Program-made: the position numbers and the translations under genes
DNA from: Harriotta raleighana
Taxonomy: Eukaryota
NCBI GenBank assembly: GCA_050575255.1
Contig: JBNZDD010013693.1
Location: forward strand, 4,973,522-5,037,521
Reading direction: 5' to 3'
DNA: 64,000 nt
In this document: positions 1 through 13,217 of the stretch, piece by piece
Layout: each line of letters opens with the position of its first letter
Numbering within the stretch: position 1 is the first letter of the stretch
The notes under the pieces: generated by a model
What the model saw: the letters and a program-made list of their open reading frames with translations, nothing else
Database searches by the model: none
Told to the model about the DNA's origin: nothing

Positions 1-69
1 GCCGTTTATTTGGCAAAAAAGAGAAGGGACGGCTGGGCCAGTTCAGCAAGGACATCACAGCGGGGCACG
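1..69 (+). CDS. PPFIA4: Liprin-alpha-4 coding exon (5'-truncated by window): RLFGKKEKGRLGQFSKDITAGH
   Basis: Frame from nt 3 gives the liprin-alpha RLFGKKEK motif. Donor G|GTGCGT at 70, phase 1. Confidence 0.92.
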
Positions 70-732
70 GTGCGTAGATTCCCTTTACAATGGGATTTTC
101 AAACTCCAAGGAGAAAGCATGATCTCCTGATTTGTTCATCTCTCTTACTTTTTTGTCCGACATGTTAACATTCCAGGGTCACTTATTAATTTAATCTCGT
201 CAATGAATCTTCATCTTCCGCCCACAAATATACAGTCAATTCACTTTACAGTATATTCTGTGAAGCACTTTGGGACGTCGATAAGATGTGAAAAGTGCTA
301 TATCAAATGCAAGGATTATTATTTTTATTATTATTATCTCTAGCTGTGACCTCCTCCACCTCTCTTAGACTATAGACCCAATGCCTAATGGTGGAGAGGA
401 GAGATAAGGAGAGAAAAATAGAGGGAAAGTTGGGGAGAAGAGAGGGTGTCTGTATCTACAGCATAGTCATCACACTGCACTCCGAGTGTGACAGACAGAC
501 AAACAGGTGCCTGAGTACAAGATAATGATAATACGAATAATCCTTTTGATATAGTGTATTATCAAGTTTTCGAGACATCTCAAAGCACTTCACAGAATAC
601 TGTATATTGTAAAGTGAATTGACTGTATATTTTGGGGGGCAAAACGATAACATCCATATAAAAAACATTGTATTTTGGAACTAAATTGATATTTAGTGAC
701 TGTCAAAATATTTTTTTCTCTCTGTTTTGCAG

Positions 733-747
733 GATATGGATATTTGG
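733..747 (+). CDS. PPFIA4: Candidate 15-nt frame-preserving microexon of liprin-alpha-4 (adds GYGYL)
   Basis: Long pyrimidine tract ttttttctctctgttttgcag, exon GATATGGATATTTGG, donor GTGAGT. Phase 1-1 matches the flanking exons and there is no stop. Confidence 0.55.
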
Positions 748-1304
748 GTGAGTAAAGAACACTTTTCTGTGGAATAGGTGGAGTTGGAATAGAGCTTTAA
801 ATCATACTGTATATAAAATATGGAATAAACAGATATGATCTGCTCATTTGAAAGCAGGGGAATGAGAGGTTAGGGTTGGGAGGGGTGGGATTGGGATATC
901 TTAGCTTTACATCACACTCAGCAAGGTAAAAATGGTTTTAATGTGTTGGCAAATTTTCCAGTTACATATTTGATTGTTTGCTTACTAAGAATTATTTGGG
1001 GCTTCCTTATTTTGTGTGGGTACATTTCCTTCCTTACTTGAGGAGAATTGTTGTTATCCAGTGAGTTGTTACAGTCTGGAATGCATTACCTGATAGGTGA
1101 AAGCAGATTTGATAATAGCTTTCAAAGGAGAATTGGATATGTACTTTAAAAGGAATAATTTCTTTAACAGTTATTAATAATAATCATCATAATTAATAAT
1201 GAGCAGAGTTCTATGAGCAAATGGAGGTTATGAAACATCCTTTTTATTCATTTAAAAACAAAATAAGATTACTTCTTTGGGTCCAAACATTTACCTTCAT
1301 CCAG

Positions 1305-1398
1305 GTGGCATATTAGATGCAGATATGAACATCCAGGACTCACTTAGCCTGAGCAAGCTGGGAACGCAAGCAGAGAGGGACCGGAGACTGAAGAAAAA
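1305..1398 (+). CDS. PPFIA4: Liprin-alpha-4 exon GILDADMNIQDSLSLSKLGTQAERDRRLKK(K)
   Basis: ccag acceptor and GTAAGT donor, phase 1-2. KLGTQAExDRRLKKK is the conserved liprin-alpha motif. Confidence 0.95.
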
Positions 1399-3348
1399 GT
1401 AAGTTTCAAGTTTGAAATAATCTCAAAATATTTACTCGAGAGGAGTGAAAACTACAGCAAAAGCAGGAAATGCTACAGTTTAAACAAATGCATTTGCTCT
1501 GCTTAGTTTGTTTCCAATGTCGATTGATTTTTTTCCAGGTGTATATGCTGAGTGAGGCTCCATTCTACATTTTATGCACAGGTCAGAATGCTGACTGCAC
1601 AGTGGCCATTTCCACTCTCTCTCCAAGTGTTGGTAGTTCAGGTGCAATGAAGGTGAATCACACTCCACTGACCCCACCAGTCAAAAATCAGTTCATTGCT
1701 GTTCAAACTTTTGCCCATAATAAGCGAGCGATATACAAGGTCATCATTGATAGCTGCAGCTCATACTATATACTGTTCTCTATCATTTATCCATCCATCC
1801 CTTTTGCCTGCCTGGGTAACACTTCGGCACTTTCCACTGTGCTGATACCAGTTATCCAGATGCAGTCTCCAGTTGTACCTCCATCTATTTAAGTAGCTTC
1901 TACCCATCAGAGGAGGTGGTGATGTTGGCTCTGCCTACAACGTTCACAGATCTGGAGTCCAGAAATGCATGGTTGAGTGGATGGAAGAGCATAGACAGAG
2001 TGGATGGAAAAGAGGAATTGCCTAGGTTGAAACTGGAGGTGTACTCCAGCAACACACAAACAAATAGATGGAAGGAAAAACTGGACAAAAATGTGTTTCA
2101 GGGTAGAGGCTTGTGTGACGCTCATTGAACCTGACAGTCACATGAGCAGCTCCAGCTTTTCTTTCAATACTTGCAAGGACCCAAGGAGCTGATTTGACGC
2201 CAAATCACATGTTGCAAAATCGGGAGTTGGTAGATTGCTGGAGGCATCCGGTAATATAGTAAATCAATCTCAATTATCAGCACTCAACTTATAACATTGT
2301 CCAGTATAGGGGAAAGCAGTAGATACTCTTATTAAAAAATAAGATCCTGGAGCAAGTAGACAGTAATAAAATGAGAAAGGATAGTTAATTATGGGTTCAT
2401 GAAGGGGAGATCCTGACAAACTAATGTACTAGTTTTCTTTGATTGTGTGACAAAGGAACTAGATAAGGGTAAGGCAGTGGATGTTGTACATCTGGATTTC
2501 AATAAGGCCTTTGATCCAGTTCATCTTGAAAGGCTGGTACTAAAAAACCAGTGAAAGCATCTTCCAATGAACAGATAATGGGCTTTCTGACAGAACCCAG
2601 AGTGTGGTGGGGTACAGGGAATGTCATCAGGCTGCGGGAATGTTACTGGTGGAGTGACCAGCACTGTCTGGCAAGCTTTTACGCAGCTCGTCCAATTAGG
2701 ACCAACCTATCCATTTGGGCTTCCCGTGTTAACAGGAGCTGTGTGGATCCAAGTGACTGGTCTGCTCTTTCAAGTCTTGCAGATGAGCAAGGCTGGCTGT
2801 GCTGTCCTAGATATCGCAGACACATCTGGATCAGGAACTGGTTGATCAAGACCACAACAACAATTTGGATTTATATAGCGTATCACACGCTCCAGCAGAT
2901 TCTCCTCCCCGCACCGTCAAAGTCACCTACTTTATAATAATCCTTGCAATTGAAAAAATATACATTTCCTGCTCAGCTCCTATTGCTTTGTACCTCAGAG
3001 CTCTGTCCTCGGCTCCAACCTTCCCTCACATCCATATTACCTCATGGTGTTATCCTCCGCAGACATGAGATGAATTTATCATTGATGACACCCAAAATCT
3101 CTTCGCTTCCTCCCTTGATTCCAAGTCCTTTGGTGTTCTGACTCTTTGCCTGTCATACACCAAGTCTGCATGAGCCTTAAATTTCAATGGGTTAACATTG
3201 ACAACATGGGAGCCAATGTGCACAGCAAGTTGGAGACGGAGTCGTTGGAGAGTTTCCGAGATTGGGTGGGTTTTTAAAATGACAGGCCTAACTCGGCAGA
3301 CAGGCCTCAGCTTGAAGGGACAGACTAATCTTTCTAATCCTTTTATAG

Positions 3349-3430
3349 GCATGAGCTGCTGGAGGATGCTCGAAGGAAGGGCATCCCATTTGCACAATGG
3401 GATGGACCGACAGTTGTCTCGTGGCTGGAG
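3349..3430 (+). CDS. PPFIA4: Liprin-alpha-4 exon [27 protein letters not shown] (start of SAM1)
   Basis: tag acceptor and GTAAAT donor, phase 2-0. Near-identical to the vertebrate liprin-alpha SAM1 start. Confidence 0.97.
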
Positions 3431-4404
3431 GTAAATACCTTAGGCCTGCAAGTGCTGGAACAAGGCCTAAGACATTTGTGAATGTATTAAATCCTAATGT
3501 TAATAATAATAATTGCAATTGATATTGCGCCTTATCACGTCATTAGTGACGTCTTAAAGCTCTTTAAAGGGCATACTGTAATGTGTAGTTTTCTGGGCAA
3601 AATATGGTAGCCAACTGCAATGTCCTACAAACAGTCATGGATTAAGTGACCACATTTTAAAAAAGTATTCTTCCCTCCCTGTTCCTCTTTTGAATTGGAA
3701 GTATCTCCCTTTTCCACTTCAGAACCTCCAGAGACTTTTTGCTATAATACATCTTGAATCAAATGAAGTGTAACCTACTATAATCTTCACATCTTATCAT
3801 TTTTACCCACATTTACAGGTGCTGTAATTACAAATATATACATTTAAGTAGAGGTCAAGAAGATAGCTTTGGATCAGTGTTGCTTTCCACACCACTTTCG
3901 GTTACTGATTCCCAGTTATTCAAATGATTAGATACTGTTCTCCGTGGTAGGTGAGGTGGCAGCTTTAACCCAGCAGCAAATCATCAAATCCTCCACTCGT
4001 TATCCAGAGTTCATGGAGCTGAAAGTGCCAGAAATTGATGACAATTTCATGCCATTCACTGTTTGCATGAATTGAATCATGAAACAATTGGCTGAAAGCT
4101 GTGCTTTAACAAAAATTTCACCAAATATTTTCACCACCCCTCTAAATCCTGTTCATCTTGAAAAAATGCTCAGAATGCCCAGCAGTCTTCCAGACAGTTT
4201 TATTTCCTTTCCTGCTTCACTTTAACCACTGGCGGGAAACCTGATTGCCAAATGTTCACTTTCATTTGTGCCGCTTAAAATAGTCACTTTTGGAGTTACA
4301 CTACATCAACAACAATAACAACAACAAAAAATTACATTTATAGAGCGCCTTTCATGTTGGGAGGAATGTAATTTTGTGTTGCATTGTATATATGTTCCTA
4401 TTAT

Positions 4405-5150
4405 GTTGGAGTTTGGACAAAGGGAAATTTTGCCTTACAAATCTGATAGAATTTTTCAACGATGTAACAGAATGGGTGGACAAGGGCAGCGCAGTTGATG
4501 TAGTTTACATGGACTTTCAAAAGGCATTTGACAAAGTGCCGCATGAGAGGCTTATTAGGAAAATAGAGCCCCACGGCGTTAAAGGGACAATGGTAGCATG
4601 GATCCACAACTGGCTGCGAGACAGAAAGCAGAGAGTTGTGGTGAGCGGCTGCTTTTCAGACTGGAGGGAAGTGTGCAGTGGCATCCCCCAAGGATCAGTT
4701 TTGGGACAACTGCTCTTTTTCATATACATTAATGATTTGGATTTGGGTTTAGGGAGTACAGTGTCCAAATTTGCAGATGATACTAAGTCAGGGAGAATAG
4801 TAAATAGTGAGGAGGATAGTAGCCATCTCCAAGAGGATACAGATAAATTGTTAAAGTGGGCAGACACATGGCAGATGAAGTTTAATACAGAGAAGTTTGA
4901 GGTGATGCACTTTAGGAGAACAAATGAGGTGAGGCAATATAGGCTAGATAGTACAATTTTAAGGGGTGTGAAGGAACAGTGAGACCTGGGGATTTGTGTT
5001 ATTGACTCTTTGAAGGTGGCAGGACAGGTCTGCTAGGGTATGGGGAGAAAGCTGGGCAGTGGATTGAGTTGCTCTGTTCAAAGAGCCGGCGCAGACTAGA
5101 TGGGCCGAATGGCCTCCTTTTGTGCCATATAATTCTATGATTCTATGATA
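4405..5150 (+). mobile_element. CR1-clade LINE 3' fragment (reverse transcriptase plus tail), internally deleted
   Basis: ORF 4374..4982 has VDVVYMDFQKAFDKVPH, GIPQGSVLG, KFADDTK and WQMKFN. Terminal gggccgaatggcctcc and (attctatg)n tail. Confidence 0.93.
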
Positions 5151-5156
5151 AGATAA

Positions 5157-5435
<279 letters not shown>

Positions 5436-6637
5436 TGATTATGAGTACACTTGAGGGACAACAAGCACACCGAATTGAACAAGGCAGAGACTTTAATAAA
5501 GGACAAGGTTCTACCCTGGGGACAGCAACACTTGAATGCTCAAATCATCAGACTGCAGTTTCAGTGTCACGGTGACAAGTTAAGAGTGAAACGGTTCTCA
5601 CAGTATTAGTTTGAATTGTAAGGCGGCATCTCAAGCATCAGCTACTGGGCTCTATTCTTCTTCACTTTTATTTTCTACCTTTGCTTCTTATCAAATTTCC
5701 TTACGAATCTCCTCAAAACTCGCCGATTCCCTTGCTAAACCCATAGGGGTAGGGATTCCGAGGCTATAAAGTGAGGGCCAATGCTGTTTAAACTATTGTT
5801 TGTTTATTTAGTATCGGGTAAAACATTTAGTTTTGGGTAAAACAAGTCATTATTCTAACTGGAAGCGCAAACCTGTGTGGCAATAAACTGCAAAGTGTTC
5901 TAAAGGATTTGGGAGTAATTTATAGGCGGTGGAATGGCGAGGAAGGGTGTAACGACAATTCTAAGGACTCATTCTTCATGAGAAATTCTCTTGACTGACA
6001 TTATCATAGATCATTCACTTTGCTGATTTATTGAGGAAACAGAGATGCTTGGATTATAACAGGGAGAAAGGCAAGATACAGGCAGCCCTCTTGTAACATG
6101 TATCACCTAAGCATATAACAACAGCAAAATTACAATTGTATAGAGCATGAAGTTGCTTATTGACACAGTTACACTATCTTCCCCATTTAAACCACATGGG
6201 GGCTGAGGGTGGGCAGGGTTGGGGCTGGTGTTGGGATTGGGGCTGGTGTTGGAATTGGGGCTGAGATGGACTGGGAAATTCTCGGGAGGGCTGGAGCTTT
6301 GCTGGGATTGAGGCTGGGACTGGAGTTGGGGGTTAGGCTGAGGTAGTCGCCTGAACCCTCTCTGCTCCTCTAGAAGTGCACTTCCTGCTGCGAAGAAGTA
6401 TTGACGGGAATGAGGGAAAGGGGCTAATTAAATTTCTCATTGTGAAAAGAGAAAATAGGAAAAGACAATGAGATTTGTTTAACGGCTGGGACTGGAAGTG
6501 GGGCTGTGCAGTCTTGATCTATGTGGTTTCTTGGCAAATTCTCTTGCATCATTTCTTCCTGACTGTGTAACACTTTTCTCCCTTCGCACTGCTTCTCTCT
6601 GACTGGACTCTCTGTGCCGGACGGACTTTGCAATTAG

Positions 6638-6700
6638 TCCTCTGGAAATGTCTGGTTGACTCATGAGGAAATTGAAAATATGGCAACAACGGCAAAAACG
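6638..6700 (+). CDS. PPFIA4: Liprin-alpha-4 SAM1-SAM2 insert exon SSGNVWLTHEEIENMATTAKT
   Basis: tag/GTTAGT, 63 nt, phase 0-0. Matches the GNVWxTHEEME insert loop of liprin-alpha. Confidence 0.93.
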
Positions 6701-7505
6701 GTTAGTCTGTCTGTGTTCAGATGTGCTTCACGCAAAGTGCCTCCACGGTCAATGTTTTTGACTAAACTTAAACACCACCCAGTCATCTTTGTGTAATCCA
6801 ATTCATTTTCTTACTCAAAGATAGTAAGTGTTTGTTGTACATGTGCAATCTTAACATCTTTGCCCTATTCTCTCATGACCAAGTGAGAGCCTAGCCAGTG
6901 AATGTTGATGGCTATTGAAATGCAAAGATATCAGTAGATGGGGGACCTATGCTATCATCGCCTGATGTTCACATACACTGGGGGCCACTGAGCTGACTTT
7001 TCCTACACACTGTCAAGCCTCTTTCTGTCACAATAGCAATTGTCTGGGCTGTTCTGTAGGCCAGGTTCCGAAAGTGAAGGAGAGAAAAAAAGAAAGTGTG
7101 GTACAGAAAGAGAGACAGAGAGAGAGAGAAACAGAGGGAGCTTGCTCGTAAAGATGAACACTAGGAGGAATTGAACTTGCAATTGATTCCCTTGGCATCA
7201 AAGAGTAGTCAGCTTTTTCTTGCTTGAACTTCTAAATAAAGTATAACTCCCCTCTACAGTGTGCTAAGACACACTGTCCAACTCAACTATTCACAAAATC
7301 CAACTTCTCTACAACCTATACCAAACTCTATATGCACATTAATCCCTCCAGTCTATGCCAGCCTTCACTGGCTCTTTGTTATAGAACTGATCGTTGGTAG
7401 GATCCTCACACTTGCCTACAAATCACTTTGTGCCCTGGCACCTCCTTACCTCCCGAAACTGCTCACACTCCTCTACTGGCTGCCTTTGCTCAACTAGCTC
7501 CAGCC

Positions 7506-7682
7506 TAATCAATCGATCAATCAATCAATCAACCAATCAATCCAAATTACAGTTATATAGCGCCTTTCACATCAGGAGGATGTCCCAGGGTGCTGTACAG
7601 TCAAGTAGGAATCAGAGCAGGTGGGGGAGGGGTCGGGGGAAGGAAAGTAGGAAAAATTGTCTGTATATTTGTGGGTGAAAAT
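7506..7682 (-). mobile_element. Short 3'-end copy of the composite element in a PPFIA4 intron
   Basis: (CAAT)n tail, L2 end and the same cagtcaagtaggaatcagagc junction. Confidence 0.75.
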
Positions 7683-8108
7683 AGAAAGAAAGCCTCTTGC
7701 ATGTAACCTCATCCCAACCGCTCCCATCATTCGCAGCCGTGCATTCAGTCACTGTGCCCTGAATTCTGGACCTCAGTGCCTCCTCTTCGCCCCCTCTTTC
7801 ACTGTCTTCAGATCACACCTGATAACACCTTTCTGTTCAACATTGCCTTCAGTCACCCTCCTTTCTCCACAGCTCGGTATCAGATAGTTGTTAAGTTCTC
7901 TGAGCCATTATCCCACCTGAAAGTTGTTGCTATTGATGAAGTAGACGAAAACAGGCCAAACTGTCTACTCTTGTCTGTTGAATTTCTAAAGCTATTAAGA
8001 GAACTAGTGATATGCTTTTCTGTGATTTCAAATGTATTGCTTATTAATACCTGTGTTCCCCTCTTCTATTAATGCTATGACTGTCCGCCTACTAACCTAA
8101 CCTAATAG

Positions 8109-8135
8109 GGGGATGAGGAGGGCAGTTGGGCTCAG
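8109..8135 (+). CDS. PPFIA4: Liprin-alpha-4 27-nt microexon GDEEGSWAQ
   Basis: tag/GTGAGT, phase 0-0. Encodes the family EEGSWAQ motif. Confidence 0.92.
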
Positions 8136-9009
8136 GTGAGTGTAAAGAACAATGTAACCTGAAAGATCATCAAGTCAAACATAAGAATAAGGAATCATTG
8201 AGTACATTATATATTTTACAACCATAGTAATAGAGGCATACACAATGACCCTGAAACTCACAGATATTCCCATTAATGTAGAGAGACTTAAATTTACTGA
8301 TATTTTCTTGTAAATTACAATTTTCTGCATCCTATTTTTAGTTGCTTTTGCAACATCAGATTTTTTTTTTACAAATTCTTGGTTTATATAATATCTTTGC
8401 CCCTGAAAGATTTTATGCTTATGAAAGCTAATGATTCTTGTATTTGGTTTAGTGCCTGATCGTATCAGGAGTTCCATTTCAAAGCACTTCACAGGATTTA
8501 CTGTGAAATGGAGTGACTGTGTATTTGAAGGCAAACTTGGCAGCACAATTGTGCGCAGCAATATCCCATAAACAGCCATGAAACGAGGGACCAATTTTAT
8601 TTGGGGGATTGTTGGCCACGGCACCAGGAGAGAGAGAGAAACTTTCTTCTCATTTCAAATAGTGTCATGGGATTTTTAATGTCAACCTGAGCAGGCAGAT
8701 GGGACCTCGGTTTAACAACAATGTCTCATCCAAAGGACAGATGTTAAATAAATTAAGTCTGTACTTGTAAAATTGACCAGAAAGTCATTTCAATGATGTC
8801 TTTAACTTTGCCATCCTGACGTGTTCACAAACTGCAGAAATCTTAACGCGAGATTCAGTGTGCTGGGATTGAGTAGGGATCCCTACACACTGAATTCACT
8901 TGTTCAATTTTCATCAGCATATTTTCAGATTAGCGACACAAAGCTGTTGAAATTGTCCCGTCATGATTTTTGTCTTCTGCTGTGATTATCATCTGCTCTT
9001 CCTCCTCAG

Positions 9010-9185
9010 ACTTTGGCTTATGGGGATATGAATCACGAGTGGATTGGGAACGAATGGCTTCCTAGCCTTGGGCTGCCTCAGTACCGAAGTTACTTCATGG
9101 AGTGCCTGGTGGATGCTCGGATGTTAGACCACCTGTCGAAGAAAGACCTCCGAATGCATCTGAAAATGGTCGACAGCTTTCATCG
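9010..9185 (+). CDS. PPFIA4: Liprin-alpha-4 exon, SAM2 ([58 protein letters not shown])
   Basis: cag/GTGAGT, phase 0-2, conserved SAM2 sequence. Confidence 0.98.
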
Positions 9186-9959
9186 GTGAGTGCAGGTCAT
9201 GGTTTCATCGTTTTGTTTGATACAAAACTATATTTCCCGTCTTCTCCACTTGCAGCTTTCCCTTCATGAAAATGTGCAAATTGCATTTAGATTACACCAA
9301 GCTTCTCTCGTACTGGAAAAGGAAAAATATTTTACTGCCACATACACTTGGTCCTTTGCAACTGGTCAACACGTGTCCATATTGTACCTGCTTTTACTCC
9401 CAAGCAGTTTGGATAAGAAATTATTCTCATCGTACATCCACATTCTCGAGGCCAAGCATGAAGAACATTTGAGATGTTCTGCTGGTGTGAAAGGCTTTGT
9501 ATTAAATACAAGTATTATTTATATATTATGCCTATGGTGCATCATGAAAGTGCAGCAGTACGTAATAATAATAATCCTTGCATTTAATGTAGCATCTTTG
9601 TTAGGACATCTTAAAGTGCTTCTCGGTAAAATAGCATTGTATCAGCGAAAGCAACAGCCAATTTACACACACAGTGTCCAATAAACAGCCATGAAGTGAA
9701 TGACCAATTTTCTCTGGAGGATTGGTGGCCAGGACTCCAGGAGAAACTCTTTCACCTTTTTTTCGCAAGAGTATAATGTAAGTGACGCTTGATCAATAAA
9801 ATCTATCATGGAAATGAATTGGAAAACAGCAAATATCATGGAAATTAAAGGATTACTTGGTTTACGGGTTTCAAGGCAAAGAGAATTCAGGAATGTGATT
9901 CAGAAAATGAATGGAGAAATTCAGACAAATGTTTCCTTCCAGAGGGTTTCAAGTTGGGA

Positions 9960-10310
9960 AATGATTTGCCATGTACGGCTGGAGCAGGTCGGAGAGGTAG
10001 GGAGGTGCCAGGGCATGAAGGCATTTGAAAATGAGTGTGCAGATCTTAAAATTGATGCATTCAGCAATAGGGAGCCAGTGAAGCCTGGCTGGAATTTGGG
10101 TGATGGGGATATGGAGTTTATTGTGGAGGAGTCATGCATCAGCTGAACTTTGTGCATGGTGGAGTTGGGCATTAGAATAGTTGAAGAGGGAGGAGACAAA
10201 TACATGGATGAGTGTTTTGGCTGAGACTGGGATGAGTTACGGTCGGAAGCGGGCAATGTGGTGGGAGTAGAGGAAGGCTGTCCTAGTCAGGAACCAGGAA
10301 CCGATGTGGA
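9960..10310 (-). mobile_element. L2 LINE fragment
   Basis: Similar to 60130-60500 (gggagccagtgaagcctggc etc.). Confidence 0.7.
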
Positions 10311-11222
10311 ATAGGAAGAGGAAGGCGACAGGGAGGGTACAGGTAAAGAGCAGGGAATTGAGATTAGAATGAATGAGGTGGAGCAAACATTTGAAATTAA
10401 ATAATTGTGTCGGTCATTTCTATGATTCAAAGCTTTCAGTCCAGCCATGAAACAGCCTGATAACATTAAAGGTCAGAACCAAACCAGTGGTGACATGGCC
10501 AGTCATGTGGGATACAAAATTAGGGGTTTGTGGGACTGTAGGAAGTCTGCCTGATGTGATGTGAAACAGACAATATGAGCCACACTTTGCACTCTACATC
10601 GCTGCAATGCTGGATCAGCCAACAACTGACTGAATGTGTTGAGACTGCCACTGGAAAGCATTCTACATTCCCGCTCTGCGAGACTGTATGTGAAGCACTG
10701 ACTAGAGTTTAATTTAAACACATTCTCAATTGGTCAGGATCCGTGTAGAATCAAAGCGTTCCTGACAACACACTCGTCTTATGACTGGAACTCCATCCCG
10801 CAGTCGCTCCGCTTTGCTTCCTCCCTTTCCTCCTTCAAAGCCGGTCGCAAGACGGCTTACTGTTCGACTCCTCCTTTTCTCCCCCTCCCACTACCCCCGA
10901 CCCTTCTACCTCTGTTCAGGTCCCGACCTGAACGGTCCGGTTCAGCGCTTTGGGACATCTTTCTGACGTGAAAGGCGCTATACAAGTGTAATTTTGTTGT
11001 TGTTGTTGTGGATCATGGATGATGAAGCTGCATCTGATAACTGTTCACTCTAGTTGCTGAGCTCAATCTCGGCAGATTTTTGTTTGAAAGATTTATTTTT
11101 TTGCCAGATGTCGACTTACACATGGTCACACCTACATTAATTGCAATTTCAAATCAGCCAAGTACTGTGCTCCCGTTCGATTCTATGTTTATGTTGCCGT
11201 AAATATTGCTCTTTCTTTCCAG

Positions 11223-11320
11223 CACCTGTTTACATTATGGAATCATGTGTTTGAAGCGATTGAATTACGACAGGAAAGAACTGGAGCGCAGGAGAGAGGA
11301 AAGTCACCTGGAAATTAAAG
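11223..11320 (+). CDS. PPFIA4: Liprin-alpha-4 exon [32 protein letters not shown]
   Basis: cag/GTTGGT, phase 2-1, conserved family sequence. Confidence 0.97.
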
Positions 11321-12779
11321 GTTGGTTTGGAATAGATACTGCAATTCTACTTGCTATCTTAATGTGAGAGAAAGGGACTGCCACTAGAGATTTCCAAAAA
11401 ATGTACGGTAAGGAAATAGACTGTGTTTAAACCCCACACAAGACACTACCCATTCCTCATTCCCTCCCGGACCATGTATTTCCCTATTCCTCAATAGAAT
11501 CTTAGAGACTTACAACAACACAAACAACAAAATTACATTTGTACCTTCCTAGTTGGGAGGAATAGGGGAGAGCAGGGTGTGAAGGAGGGTGAACGCAGAC
11601 ATAGTCAAGGAGGAGGCTCTTAAGACAGGTCTTGAAGGAGGCAAGGGAGGGGGCGAGGGGAGGGACTGCGGGATGTAGTTCCAGAGGGTGGGTGCAGAGT
11701 GCCTGAACACCCATCTGCCAATGGTGCCTGTACCAGCTCTTTGAAAGAGCTTCCAAGTAGGCTCATTCCCCACTCTTACCCCATCGCCTTGAAATTGTTT
11801 CCTTTCAAACTACCTATTCATTCCCTTTGAAAGCAATTATTGAATCTACTTCCACCTAAGCAGTGCATTCCAGACCGTAACAACTCTCTGGGTAAAACAT
11901 TTTTTCTCTTCATCTCCCCTCTGGTTGTTTTGAAAATTGTCTTAAAACTTGTCCTCTGATTACCAAGGCAACAACAACAAATTTACACTTATACAGCGTC
12001 TGTCACGTCAGGAGGACGTCTCAAGGCACTGGACCACCCACCAGAGGAACATTTCTGCCAAACTACTCTATCAAATCCCTCAACATTTTGAATACCTCTA
12101 TCATATCCCACTTCAACTTTCACTAAAGATTCACTAAGTGTAAGATATCTGAATAGGAGCTCTATTCTGCAGAACAATATATGTGTATGTACTTGAGCTT
12201 CCACTGGCTGTCTGCTATTTATATTCATTGGTGTAAACAATCTTTTACGTAACCAACACTTTGTGTTGACATGCAGTGCATTTGAACAAATTAGTATAAC
12301 GAGCTACAGCCACTATTCTCTCCAGCCTCTTGGGCTAATTATAATACAATAATCCTTGCATTGGATATAGCACTTTTCACATTTTCTAGATGTCTTAAAG
12401 AGCTTCACAGAATATACTGTAAAGTGAATTGACTGTATATTTGTGGGAAAAACACAGCAGTGTCCCACAAACAGTTGTGGATTAAACTGATCAATTTTAT
12501 TGTTTTTTGGTGATGGATTATTATCAGGGATGTCCTTGATATGAAAGACGCACTGTGTAAATGTAACTTTGTGGTTACATGTTTCCATTGCTAAAGCATT
12601 ACTTCCAAACAAAATGTTGAACATGTTCTTGGAGTTTATTATGTTATTATAGTGATATTATACCAGGTTCAAATGCACAGGTTACGGAAGGCTCATTTTT
12701 ACTTAACTGAAACATGTAGAGAAGCAACACTCAACCTCTTTTATGTGAAAAGATCATTTACAGTTGATTCCTTACCCAG

Positions 12780-12955
12780 ATGTGCTGGTGTGGACTAACG
12801 ATCAAGTAACTCACTGGGTACAATCGATTGGGCTTCGAGAATATGCAAATAACATCATTGAGAGTGGGGTACATGGAGCATTGGTTGCCCTGGATGAGAA
12901 TTTTGATTACAACAGTCTGGCATTGTTGTTACAAATACCTACACAGAACACCCAG
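12780..12955 (+). CDS. PPFIA4: Liprin-alpha-4 exon, SAM3 ([59 protein letters not shown])
   Basis: cag/GTAAAG, phase 1-0. [15 protein letters not shown] is alpha-4-like. Confidence 0.97.
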
Positions 12956-13148
12956 GTAAAGCCGTCATTGATGCTTCTGTTGTCTCCCGTTCATTTATTT
13001 TACAGCAACAACTTGCATTTATTAGTGTTCTGAAGTGTTTAACAGTGTTGGAATCTGACCTTGAGCTGGGATGGGATAGTGATGGGAGAGGTGAGCGTAA
13101 GCACGATTTTGAAAGAATAATTGAGTCCCCAACTATGCTTTGTTTTAG

Positions 13149-13217
13149 GCAAGACAAGTCCTGGAACGAGAATTCAATAATTTGTTGGCCTTAGGAACTG
13201 AACGGCGATTGGATGAT
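13149..13217 (+). CDS. PPFIA4: Liprin-alpha-4 exon ARQVLEREFNNLLALGTERRLDD
   Basis: tag/GTGAGT, 69 nt, phase 0-0. Confidence 0.97.

Noticed and set aside
6196-6340. G-rich (GGGGCT/GGGATT)n minisatellite with G-quadruplex potential in a PPFIA4 intron
   Set aside because: A common low-complexity repeat type with no evidence of function.
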